Below, in pieces: positions 1-10,614 of a DNA stretch of 64,000 nucleotides. A program made the translations under genes and the position numbers. Source of the stretch: Leidyana gryllorum EB-2025a (Eukaryota; Protista; Apicomplexa); NCBI GenBank assembly GCA_048772705.1, contig JBLWGC010000230.1, positions 620,001 through 684,000 of the forward strand. Direction: 5' to 3'. Under the pieces are notes generated by a model. The model was not told the origin of the DNA and did not search any database. It worked only from the letters and a program-made list of their open reading frames with translations. The first letter of the stretch is position 1; the number at the start of each line of letters is the position of its first letter.

Positions 1-2
1 GC

Positions 3-992
3 CGTTGCCCTCGTGGTAGCCAGCTGATTGGCAAATTCTGTGTGTCTGTTCAAACCGCCCCCTTCGAATTCCTGTGCGAAAAGGGCGCCGTCTTGACTGG
101 CAAACAATGTCTCAGCAAAGCCACTGCTCAACCCACCATTAAGTGTCCCAGCCCCTTAACGCTCTCTCCTGACGGAACCGCTTGTTTGGGCAGTGAAGAT
201 GTGGCACCTACTGTTGCCTGTCCTCCCAACACGTCGCAACGTGCGGATGCGAACGGACTATTGTGTATGGTGGCCAGCGAGGAGCCTGCTGCCCGCAGTT
301 GTCCTCCGAATATGCTTATGGTCAACGGCGAGTGCATTGAGCGCATTGCTGCTCAGCCCAGCACTGCTTGCCCTCCTGAGTACTTTGAGGATTTGCGTAC
401 TGGTCGGTGTTTCAGCAGCGAGGAGGCACCTCAGCGTGCTTTCTGCCCTGTTGGATTCAAGCTGGTCGGGAACCGATGTTTGAAGCGCGAGCAGACTCCA
501 CTGGTTCCCATTTGCCCTCCGACGTTCACGTTGACGAAGGGAGTTGGTGAGGATTTGATCTGCGCCAAGGAGACTGTGGTTCCGTTCCTTGAGCTTTGCG
601 CATTTGGCTTCCAGTTAGAGAACGGAGTATGTCTGGCGAAGAAGCTTCAGTACGAGTTTGATGAGCACGACGTCGAGGAGCAGGGACCTGAGGAGAAATT
701 GAAGGACATTGAGAGTCCGATGCCGACGGCTATGCCTCAAGTTACAGAAGCCGATATTGAAGTGAAGATCGATCGCCCTATCGTACAGAAAGGTTTGGTT
801 ATGAGGAATGAGCCGATCGTCCTGAGCGGTCCAGCGAGCGAGGTTGCCAGAAAGCAGGCCATATTGGCTGCTGGAGGTAGCATTGCTGATTTGGGTGCCG
901 ATGTTCAGGTCGAGTACGCGCCTCCTCAGCCAGCTGCTCGCAACACGAACAACCTGGGAGCTTTATTGGCGGCTAGCATGAGTCACCATTGA
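3..992 (+). CDS. Cysteine-repeat oocyst wall protein-like (COWP-type), 5' truncated by window edge
   Basis: Frame is open from position 3 (RCPRGSQLIGKFC...). Regularly spaced CP-x-G/x-x-L...C repeats (CPSPLTLSPDGTAC, CPPNMLMVNGEC, CPVGFKLVGNRC, CAFGFQLENGVC) resemble apicomplexan oocyst wall protein repeats. Confidence 0.7.
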   Translation, partial: RCPRGSQLIGKFCVSVQTAPFEFLCEKGAVLTGKQCLSKATAQPTIKCPSPLTLSPDGTACLGSEDVAPTVACPPNTSQRADANGLLCMVASEEPAARSCPPNMLMVNGECIERIAAQPSTACPPEYFEDLRTGRCFSSEEAPQRAFCPVGFKLVGNRCLKREQTPLVPICPPTFTLTKGVGEDLICAKETVVPFLELCAFGFQLENGVCLAKKLQYEFDEHDVEEQGPEEKLKDIESPMPTAMPQVTEADIEVKIDRPIVQKGLVMRNEPIVLSGPASEVARKQAILAAGGSIADLGADVQVEYAPPQPAARNTNNLGALLAASMSHH

Positions 993-1148
993 AGGAAGAT
1001 CGCATGTATAGTTGGTATATCGTCGATCGTACATACAATGAATTCTTCTATGATACATAATGTCAATGGTTAATGCGTGCCGAGTGACGTGAAACACAGA
1101 CAATGAAATGGCGCTGTCTTTCATTAATAATGACGCGAGTTGTCGTGA

Positions 1149-2100
1149 TTAGAACTTGTCCTTTTTGGCTCTGAGTTGTGCGAGGAGTTGCACAGCGTCG
1201 CCCGCGAAGTCTGGCATCTTGTCTGAGCACTGTACAGCGCGGACGAAAGGATTGTAAGATAGTTCCTGCGGAGTGTTGAAGAAGTGTGTGAGTATGGGGA
1301 CAATGGGTATTTTATTTTACCTCAGCAAGAGTGGACGGTACAGCGGGGATCTGTTGAGCTCTGCGTTGTTGCACTTGGGTCAGTTTGTTGTCGACGGCGT
1401 CATTTTGGGGGTCGACATGTTTGGCAAACCTTTCGGTGAGCAATAATTATTAGAAGTGAAAGGCGGTGATGTGACTCACTTGAGATTGGATTCAGAGTAT
1501 TCGTGTCCGGGGAATACGAAGGCTTGTTGGGGTACTTGTTGGTATAGTTTCTGAATGGATTGTTGCATATTTTGTGCAGTTCCCTCGAAGAAGCGGCCAC
1601 AGCCCGCAAGGAAGAGGAAGTCTCCGGTGAAGATGAGAGGGGTGGTGTCATCGTTGCCTTTGACAAAATAGGCGATGTGTCCCATGGTGTGAGCCGGTAC
1701 GTGGATAGCAGTGATGGTTAGAGAGCCGACATTGACGGTTTGGCCATCTGTGAGGGTGTGGGTGGCGCCTGGAGTTTGCTCGTAGGCGCTGCCGTAGATG
1801 GGGACCTCGGGGTACTTTTTGTGGAGAGCGGCATTCCCGTCTGAGTGGGTGTGATATGATTCCAAAGTAGTGATTACCTGAGTGGTCGTGATGGTGGTGT
1901 GTTGTGAGTATGGCTGCGAGTTTGGGTGTTCCTATTTTGTCGATGAGGGATGTGAAGCGGGAGGGGTCTGCGGCATCGACGAGGAAGAAGTTTCCCGATT
2001 GGCGATCAGTGACGATGTATCCATAGTTGTCTGAATTATACTCGACGATTTGTACATCGGCAGAGGCGTTGGGGGCTGTGGCAGAGTGCAGATAGTTCAT
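1149..2100 (-). CDS. gloB: Hydroxyacylglutathione hydrolase (glyoxalase II), multi-exon
   Basis: Motifs DNYGY, THHHHDHS (metallo-beta-lactamase), PAHTMGH, FTGDFLFLAGCGRFFEG, FPGHEY and C-terminal E-x-x-YNPFVR...LRAKKDKF*. A 37-nt GT-AG intron at 1841-1877 joins the two ORF-track pieces. Confidence 0.92.
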
Positions 2101-2263
2101 AGCGTCGCCTCGGATGCAAAAGTTTTGGCGGTGATGCAGAAATGGACCACAGCCTTAAGCCGGGCTGTCAATACTGGCGTGTCGCGGCTTGTGCCTCCAA
2201 AGGGTTCCCAGATCACGGGCATTCCAGTGAGTTAGTTTACGGTGTGACGATGGATATGAGAGT

Positions 2264-3744
2264 TTGGTGGGACAGCGAGATCCGTTGAAGCTTGAGAGAC
2301 TGGAAATTGAAGGACTGTTGAACCTGTTGACTGCCCTGTTCGAGAATCAACGATGGCTATTGGTAACTTTGTTGAACTTTTCGTGCCAGCATGAATATGT
2401 GGCGAAATTGGTTGACGCCACGGCTCATCGATCTGATCTAAGTGGGCATTGTGTATGGGAGTCGCTCATCGCGCTCACAGGATCAGGTGTAAACGCTTTT
2501 CAAGAGGCAACACTCAAGATACACGCGGAGTGCGAAGCCTACACCAATGAAATTCGGGACAATATCGATCTAACGCATCGTACTATGGAAGATCTAACAT
2601 CCTGTGAGGGGATTGATTTCACGGTGGGGTGTGACATTCCCACGCAGGTTTGAAGAGGTTCGACTTGAGACTCAAGACCTTTCAGACGGCCGTGGAGTAC
2701 AGAGTGAAGGTCAAAAGAGCCGAAGCTGAGAATGTTGAAGGCATAGCCAACGCCCCGGCCGTTCAGAAACGGCTGGAAAGGTGGCAGAAGAAGTGCGAAG
2801 ATGCTAAGAATGAGTTTCGCCAACAACACACACAGCTCGAAAGTGAGTGCTCAATGTACTTATTCACGCACACACACAATGTTTGTCAGTTGATGTGAAA
2901 GGGTTACTGCAACGTGCTCGGGGTGTGCAGTCTGAGGTGTTTGCAGCCGCGCTTCGGTGTCAGGTGAGCGGAATTACACAGACTTGAGCGTCCGGAGACT
3001 ACACGCGGTATTCAGCGAGTGGTGGCCGAGCGGTTGCACAAGAGCTATGCAGCCTTGGAGTGGAGCGAAGATGCCTTGCGGCGATCTGATGCGAGCATCA
3101 GTCACGGCCTCACTTTGGAACAAATGGTCACGGAGGGGAGCGAGATGGAGCGGAGGCATGTGAGTGGTGGCGGCGGAGGAGGGGGCGAGCTTGATGCTCC
3201 CCAGCTTCCGACCACGGCTCGCAGCGTGACGTCGAGTGCGGCTCAGCTTTTTTTGTTGACCCATCGAACTGAGGCCGAGCCGCCGATAGATATCCGGAGA
3301 TCGGTGCCCGTGATCAGTCCGCCGAGTCAAGAGTCATTCAGCATGGAGCTGTCGGTGGATGAGCACGATATGGTGACGTCCGCGACGCTGTCGTCGTCAG
3401 AGAGCGCAGCTGGAGGAGAGGAGGATAATATAAATACGGGAATACCCGACTTGGAGGTTGTGAAGGCCACTGTCAAAGTGCCTGGGCTTGTGATGAGCCC
3501 AGCCAAGAAGTTGTCGCCGTCCGCCTCAGCTTTTGGAAGCACTATCAGCGACGATTGCAAAGCGGTGAATGCCCTCACGCGGTTCAGTTCTATTGACATG
3601 GACTCTGCCAGGCAGACCCCCCGAACGCGATCGATCATTCAGACGCGCTTCATCGAGAGCAATCCACCGATTTCGACTCCCCGACTGCGGCTCTTGTCAG
3701 CCCCCCCCTCTCCAACGGTGGCTCGGACTTTCCCAGTCCCATAG
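2264..3744 (+). CDS. Hypothetical multi-exon protein with helical/coiled-coil N-terminus (possibly BAR-like) and Ser/Pro-rich tail
   Basis: Consecutive same-strand ORFs 2264-2653, 2650-2898 and 3019-3744 separated by short GT...AG segments; amphipathic helical composition. Boundaries approximate. Confidence 0.45.
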
Positions 3745-4327
3745 ACCAAGCGTACTGAACTTGTCATACAGCGCCCAGACTTTCCGCAGGCCGCAGACCT
3801 TTGTCAAGACCTCAAGGTATCTGCTCATCATTTCCACTCTCGGACGCTCCCGGTCACCTGCCAGTTACTGCCCATCATTCACGGCGCCTCAAGTCGCTGC
3901 CAACAAGCAGAACAGATTGATGACCCATACCGTCGAGTGAGTGCCAAACAACAAGACTCCTGGTGATTGGTAAACCTAAGATCTTCGTGCGATGCCACCA
4001 ACAGTTAGGGACACACACGCCCCGTATCATATCATCATTGAACAATCCAACACCTGCTGCGACGGACAACATGGAAAGGTACTATCTCCACATGCTGTCA
4101 TCCTAGACACAGATCGCGTTGCTCACCCGACTGTCACCGCCTAACAAGGCATCACATTGGAGCTGGCCCGGATCATATCTTCTGAGGACCCTCAGCAGCT
4201 GTTTGGGAGTGTGTGTGCCTGTACGTGAGCGTGTATGTCCAAGTGCGAACCGGCAAGCCAAAGATGCAACAACAAATGGATGGGCTTTCAACACAGTATA
4301 TCACCACTCACATTGTTCCCAATCGAA

Positions 4328-4328
<1 letters not shown>

Positions 4329-4384
<56 letters not shown>
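4329..4384. repeat. (CA)n microsatellite
   Basis: Uninterrupted CA run of about 28 units. Confidence 0.97.
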
Positions 4385-4388
<4 letters not shown>

Positions 4389-5048
4389 TACACACATATA
4401 CCACCCCCTAAAAACTCTCAGATGATCACATTAGGGTACCGATTACATTCGGGAACAAAATCTAAAGGAAGAACGCATCCGCAGAATCCTCATCCAATAT
4501 ATTATATCATGCACCAATCAGCATTACGTGGCCGACACTGACACTCCATTGCCGTCAATGTTCCCCTTGAAGTTTTTTTTCCGGTGGGGTTGAATTCTTG
4601 GGGGAGTCATTGACCAGTTCTTGGTGCTCCAGAGTATTTCGCTGTCGCAATGCCTAAGGTACCATTGGGAGCCCCAGTGAGAAAGAAGAGTGAAGTATGC
4701 ATCCGACCGTGGCGTATATTTAGCCGGTTGACGACTGTCAAGAGGTGGGATCCCAAACACCGTCAAAAAGGGTCCATTTCTGTCATCTATCTCTGTCAAT
4801 GTACAATCAATGCCCACATAAATTTGAATGCGTGATAATGCCAGAGATCCTCCGTGTAACGGAGAGCAATGAGTGACAGCCGAACAGTGTGATCGTTGAG
4901 GCAGGAGAGAGCATGAAGTACGCCCTCCAGAGCTTGACGGAGATCGATAAGTGGTGCGGCGTTTGCAAAAGGGCCGTTTATCGAAAGGATAGTAGACAGG
5001 GCTGGATAAATTTGCATCGGTCGGAAAGAGCAGATCGAAAAATCTTAA

Positions 5049-6686
5049 ATGATGCCCCCTGGTTTTCGAATTCCTTCCTGCAGACGCGGGTGTGCGGATC
5101 GCTGGCTCTCATTGACTGGTTGTTTGGCAGGAGCTCTTTTGAATTGTGGGGCTCTCACCGCTGCTGACTTGCTGGACCCACAACTTGTGAGTGCGGTGCA
5201 GAGGAAGGTTGCGTCAAGCGGCTCTTGGGCGTGGCCTGTGGTGCGGATCGACAATGCTTGGCGTCCGATCGTTCGACCCTGTCTGACCCGACAGGAACTT
5301 GGCGAGCTGATCCGAAGTATGAGGCCCACCTCCTTCGGCAACCAGCCAAATGCAGCGCCCTACAGGTTGCGTTTCGAGGGTCCGAGGAATGTGTACTGTC
5401 CAATTGACGTGACTATATTTGGTTCTGAAACGCCGGGACAGGTGATAGGCGAGGCGGCCGGTTCAGCCGGGCTGGTCACAAGTGACGATGGGCGTCAAGT
5501 CCATCTGTGGGTCCACCCTGGCCGAAGGCCGATGATTGGTACAATGGGCTCATGGGACCTTTACGAACGCGGTTATGAGACCATAATACCCGCTGTCAGT
5601 TACTTTCTCACGGCGACCAAGAAGGAAAAGTGGGGGAAAGCAGTGCGAATCGAAGCCAGGTGTTACAGTAACGTACGGCCCATTGAAGTTCTTGTAGAAT
5701 TTGATGGTGCCCTCAAAACTTACGCGGTCGAGTCGACAGAAGTCAACAAACACTTCAATTACAAACTCACCCTCACGAATTGTAAATGGACCGCCAAGAG
5801 CGCAAAAGTACTCCACCAAAGTCACTGCGCAGGGCTCTCACGCCCATACTTTGCTGCCGTGAGGGATGACCACGACCACGACTACAGCGCCCCTGCTACT
5901 GAAAACCCAATCTTCAGGCAAGCAGCCGGACAAGCCCAACCTCCCCCGAGGCAGCAGATCAGATCACGACGCAGAAGAGTGCGTGGACCTTTCCAAAACA
6001 CGAGCAATTGCAATCAGAAACACTGTTCGCTTACTCGGCACGAGAAGAATATTCTGAAAATTAAGTGTCCCGATTTGCTCAGTTTCTTGCGAGATGTGGG
6101 CATTCAAGAAGACGTTAGGTTGGACCTCTTCCCGGCACCCCGAGGCGAGGTCCTCGCCATCGACGGCCGAGATGCCATGTATGTCCTCCGCAACAACAGA
6201 GGCGAAGCTGTGCTCCTCGTAGCTCCAGTCAACAGAGATGCAACCCACTTCGCCGCATTGCAGCGAATTGACAATGTGAACTATCTAACCGGCCTCGACG
6301 TTGACAAATCGAATTGGTGTTCGGAGGTTAATCCGTTCCCGCAGTACATCAAGGAGCAACAGTTGTCTCCAAAGGCGGCGCTGTGGTGGGAAGAGGAAGC
6401 TGTGCTCCACGCGAGTGAAGCGCAGAGCGAAATTGAGAGCGAAACTGACAGTGCACCGCCTACAAGGGGGGCACCGAAACGCTATCATTGTGTCGCAGTG
6501 ATGAACGAGAATGAAATCCACCACATCGTGGCTCTGGAGGCCATAACAGCGGCGGGCGACCCCCAGTATGTCTACTCCCGAGTTGAATGCAACCCGACCG
6601 GACCGCTGTCACAGATCATCAGAGGAATTGAAGCATCGTCAATGCACTGTGGACAAGCACAACAACGTAATGGCTGCCATGCATGA
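5049..6686 (+). CDS. Uncharacterised family protein, paralog 1 (545 aa)
   Basis: Long intronless ORF sharing AADL, RFEGP, TSDDG, PAVSYFL, LQRI-x-NVNYLTGL, NPFP, SPK-x-A-x-WWEE and PKRYHCV with 10615-12177. Confidence 0.8.
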   Translation: MMPPGFRIPSCRRGCADRWLSLTGCLAGALLNCGALTAADLLDPQLVSAVQRKVASSGSWAWPVVRIDNAWRPIVRPCLTRQELGELIRSMRPTSFGNQPNAAPYRLRFEGPRNVYCPIDVTIFGSETPGQVIGEAAGSAGLVTSDDGRQVHLWVHPGRRPMIGTMGSWDLYERGYETIIPAVSYFLTATKKEKWGKAVRIEARCYSNVRPIEVLVEFDGALKTYAVESTEVNKHFNYKLTLTNCKWTAKSAKVLHQSHCAGLSRPYFAAVRDDHDHDYSAPATENPIFRQAAGQAQPPPRQQIRSRRRRVRGPFQNTSNCNQKHCSLTRHEKNILKIKCPDLLSFLRDVGIQEDVRLDLFPAPRGEVLAIDGRDAMYVLRNNRGEAVLLVAPVNRDATHFAALQRIDNVNYLTGLDVDKSNWCSEVNPFPQYIKEQQLSPKAALWWEEEAVLHASEAQSEIESETDSAPPTRGAPKRYHCVAVMNENEIHHIVALEAITAAGDPQYVYSRVECNPTGPLSQIIRGIEASSMHCGQAQQRNGCHA

Positions 6687-7157
6687 TTCCAGTCCGGTAG
6701 CCCACTTTCACAATCACCATTGACCAGTATCCCATTTTCAATGATACGGAACAATGTCTTACTACTTCTGCACAATGTCACCAAACTTTATCGCGTCTCC
6801 CCAAACGTGTGTTAGGCTTGACACACATCGCAAGTTATTGTCAGTGTGCGCAACAGACCACACTGACACGTTTCATAGCTGAATCAAACTCCTTAGCCCA
6901 CCCGACTCGTGGAAGGGAGCGGACAGACTTTTTTTGTCCAGGGATTACTGGCAGCAAAGCGTCAGCTGCACTGTAAGAAGATTGGAAGAACGTCATTCCA
7001 TACGGTGCGTGCGGGGCCAGCGGGCGGGCGAGCGAGAGGACGGAGCATTTGGATCTGGCAAAGCTCCTACTCTCAGAAACCGGCTGAACGAGTGCTAAGG
7101 CAGACTACTAAAGCCGTCTTCCGTTGACCTGCTGTGAAATTTTGGAGTCGGAAGAGG

Positions 7158-8927
7158 ATGGCGTGCAGAGTGAGACCACACAGAAGGGCGAGAGCTACTT
7201 CAACCGAGCGCATGTGGCCTTTAAGACTGCTTGCAAGCGACATTCTCAAGGCTTTGACTGTCCAATCGCTTGACCGTCCGGACTTTGTCACAGCCTTGCA
7301 GACCCAACTCCACCCTCTCTCCCAATGGATTCATCTCTTAACTTCCCCGTGCGCACAAAGGCCCCTCAAATGGAGGGTGGAAGAGGCTGTGCCGTGCATC
7401 ACAACCACCGAGACGGAAAGATTTGAAAAAGGCGACTTATTTGAACAAGCGACGCCGGGGGCTGCCCTCATCCACATCCATGGGGTTCCCGATGTGTATG
7501 CGGAATCAGTTATCCGGATAACCGCGACCAGCCAGAAGCTATGGGACACCCGTGGCCGTTGTGTTGAATTGCCCTCTCTGCCGCAGCGTTTCGTCAATGA
7601 CATCTCTTGGACCGCTGCATGGGGGTCGCGTCTGACCAGACGATTGCATTTAGACTCTGTTGCTCAACGCGCTAGTTTCCTGTTGGAGTCCCTCCCATCC
7701 ATTCCTCCGAGTGCCACGATACGAATGAGGTGTGGGCCGAATTCACCGGCGTGCTTTGAGGTGATACAGCCGGGTGCGCCAAGAGATGTCGAGGTGTATT
7801 GGGTGGTTGAAGAACCGCTGGTGGGTGGAGACCAGTTTTGCTTTGTTCTCTACCGCCAAAGACGGAGTGGGGAGGTTGTCCTTCATCGACGAGGGGGCGC
7901 GGCTGGCGTCCGCACAGAGGTACTTTGCGCCCGACGCAATAATCACACCGACGCTTTGCGGTGTGCCCGCGCTTACGGAGAGTACTACAGGTGTTGGAAT
8001 GCGTTCCTGGATCAGCGCGCGTTGGCTGCTGCTGCTGCTGAGACCGCCGACTCCGAGGCTGGTGATTCAGTAAGCCATGACGATTTCAATTTCGTCAACA
8101 ATACTGATGTGTGTGCTTCTCGAGACGGGCCACACTCGGCTGAAGATTATGATGGGGATCAGACTCCCACCTGCCGACTAATTGATTGTCATCGTCCCGC
8201 GGGGGTGCTGGAACGCAATCCGGAAATTTTATCTCTGATGTCGGCGAACGGATGGTTGAGTCGTCCATGTTACTTTGATCGGTACACTTCTGAGATTATG
8301 GGGGTGTACTGTGGCGGCGTGGGGACATTCGCTCTGATCGATAGACCGACGGAGGATGCTCCCTATTTTCTGATCGGCGCCATACCAGAGAAGCCAATTC
8401 AAGCTGCAGACACCGCTTCGGTAAACCACCCATGCCGATTGGTTGCTATGCAGCGTCTGGTTGGCACCAACTATCTGACGGTAATCCGTTCCGACGAGGA
8501 GGGGACGTTGACGGACAACAATCCTTTCCCCACGTTCTTTCAAGACATGAAATTAACTCCGAAAGTTGCCATCTGGTGGGTGAGTCAGCTCGATCGACGA
8601 ACGAAGGAGAAGCTCAAGTTGAATGATGAAGTGGGAGCGACGCGTCTGTGGCATTGTGTGTATTTGGAATCGGGCGCAAAAGTCGCCTATGCTAAAGCCA
8701 TCAGGCGAGACAACGGAATGTATTCCTACTATGTCGCCAATTGCAGAGATCAGTCCAGTCTCGCTGCGGCCATCAAATACGCTAATAAAAACGGCCGTTG
8801 GAAGTCGACGGACCACTGTCCTGAGGATTTCTCCCCGGACTTCAGCGTCGAGCAACATGTCACTCAGCCTCTTAAGCTGGAGGCTAATGAAATTGATCTG
8901 CCTCAAGCCGAAGCTCACCAATTCTAA
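7158..8927 (+). CDS. Uncharacterised family protein, paralog 2 (divergent)
   Basis: Long ORF whose C-terminal half has MQRLVGTNYLTVI, NPFPTFF, TPKVAIWW and LWHCV, matching the family C-terminal domain. ANGWL is shared with the 12198 gene. Confidence 0.75.
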   Translation: MACRVRPHRRARATSTERMWPLRLLASDILKALTVQSLDRPDFVTALQTQLHPLSQWIHLLTSPCAQRPLKWRVEEAVPCITTTETERFEKGDLFEQATPGAALIHIHGVPDVYAESVIRITATSQKLWDTRGRCVELPSLPQRFVNDISWTAAWGSRLTRRLHLDSVAQRASFLLESLPSIPPSATIRMRCGPNSPACFEVIQPGAPRDVEVYWVVEEPLVGGDQFCFVLYRQRRSGEVVLHRRGGAAGVRTEVLCARRNNHTDALRCARAYGEYYRCWNAFLDQRALAAAAAETADSEAGDSVSHDDFNFVNNTDVCASRDGPHSAEDYDGDQTPTCRLIDCHRPAGVLERNPEILSLMSANGWLSRPCYFDRYTSEIMGVYCGGVGTFALIDRPTEDAPYFLIGAIPEKPIQAADTASVNHPCRLVAMQRLVGTNYLTVIRSDEEGTLTDNNPFPTFFQDMKLTPKVAIWWVSQLDRRTKEKLKLNDEVGATRLWHCVYLESGAKVAYAKAIRRDNGMYSYYVANCRDQSSLAAAIKYANKNGRWKSTDHCPEDFSPDFSVEQHVTQPLKLEANEIDLPQAEAHQF

Positions 8928-9536
8928 TCTTCAACTCTCAGCCATTTTTTTGTAATGTCAGGTATCTTGGGCCGAATACCATCAACTTTAATCGCTCACG
9001 GCATGAACCAAATTCCCTGGTTGTGCAATGAGTTGGCAGCCGTTTCGCCATTGCAAATGATCCTATATGGCACTTGGCGCCCTCTGTCGATCACAAGTCC
9101 TCAGCCATCGAGTTATCCCAACCAGGGTGGTCTTCCTTCGCATCTGAGTGCCATCTGTTTTGCCTTTGATGGAGCAGTAATGTGCCCTTGTCAACTGCAC
9201 AATCGTAGTCTGCCTCGCGAAGCCGCGACGAGACACCAACACAGAGCCGTAGCCGTCTCTTTGTGACTCAGTATAGAAGCTTTGGGAATAACGGGTGGCG
9301 ATTTGCGGTGTTTGCGTGCTAGTCGGGCCGGAACACCAGATCAGTGTGGAACATGTGTTTCCAGCTCATGTTTGAGGTCACAGGGGGGCTTGCGCGGGAA
9401 ACTGGCTAAGTGTGGGGATTGCATCTCATTGTCGTCTATGATGGCCATTTGATTCGTTAAACCGCAGTACGACAGGAGCCCTTAGGGTCACACAGACTTG
9501 GGATATCAACCTCACTTTTTTTGACTATCTTATTGT

Positions 9537-10443
9537 TAACATCTAAAATTGGTGACCGGCTGCACTAGCTGCTCGTCCTCCTCCAACTCGACGGAGGCGG
9601 TCAGATCATCGATGAGCTCCGTGCCCGGCTTAGTCTTAGTCCATCACCCACCATTTGGTCAATTCGGTCCAGTTGATCAGTGCCGAGCACACACGTGTGT
9701 TCGGACGCCGGCCTCTCCGTGTCAGCCGGCATCAAATCACCACATGCAAAATATTATACAACGAAGATGCAAAAAGGGGGTTTACTAAACTAGGGTTGTG
9801 ATACTCTACCATTCAATGTCACACAAGGGTTTGACGACCTTTTTACCTGGATAAAGGCCGGCTCATACGGAGACACCGGTTTACAAACACGCGCGTGTGC
9901 TCGGCAAGAATAGATCTAACTTGCTTCAGGTTGAGCTATGGAGAGTAACGGATTGAGGCCCAAGGTGGCTTTGGTAGAGTTGGAAGACGGAAGACAGGAC
10001 ATTCAGCCTATGATTCCGGTCACAGATGAGCCAAAAAATCATGTTGTGTGACACTACCAGCAGTAGGAGCGACATTTCAAAGACCTGAAAAATAGCTCAT
10101 GGACACTGAATTAAGCAGGTGATTCGTCAAACCCCTGTGTGACACGGAGTGTTAGGGTACTGTAACCCTAGATTAGTGAACCCCCTTTTGCATCTTTTAT
10201 TTGTTTATATTTTATGTGTGGTGATCTATATGACGATTGGGGCCGGCTGACACGGAGACACCGGCATCCAAACACACGCGTGCTCGGCACAAACTGAACT
10301 GGTTGGATTAATCAAACTACGTGATGGCGAAGGACGGATTAAGGAGCAAGGCGGCAAGCAACCAGGAGGAAGATCAAAACCCTACGGTCGACCTTACGGC
10401 AGTTCCGAATGCTGATCGGCCTACAGAACCGATCACGAATTAG
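9537..10443. repeat. Three-copy repeat unit (conserved upstream element plus micro-ORF); copy A inverted relative to B and C
   Basis: 9680-9837 is an imperfect reverse complement of 10124-10290. 9856-9906 is a direct copy of 10241-10290. Each copy is followed by an ATG and a (D/N)GLR-encoding stretch. Confidence 0.85.
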
Positions 10444-10614
10444 CAGGCTAGCCGCAGTAAAGCACCTTCCGGGGAGACACACTTTTTACCAAACAGATCA
10501 AACTAACAAAAACCAGCCGACGTTCACACCTACGCTCGACCCACTCAGACAAGACACAAGACAGTAACAGTTCACAGATCAACGAATTAGCAGAAGAAGG
10601 AAATTTCGGAAGAG

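Noticed and set aside
4119-4541. ORFs with HTHTHT runs (and the CVCVCV start at 28122)
   Set aside because: These are translations of (CA)n microsatellites.
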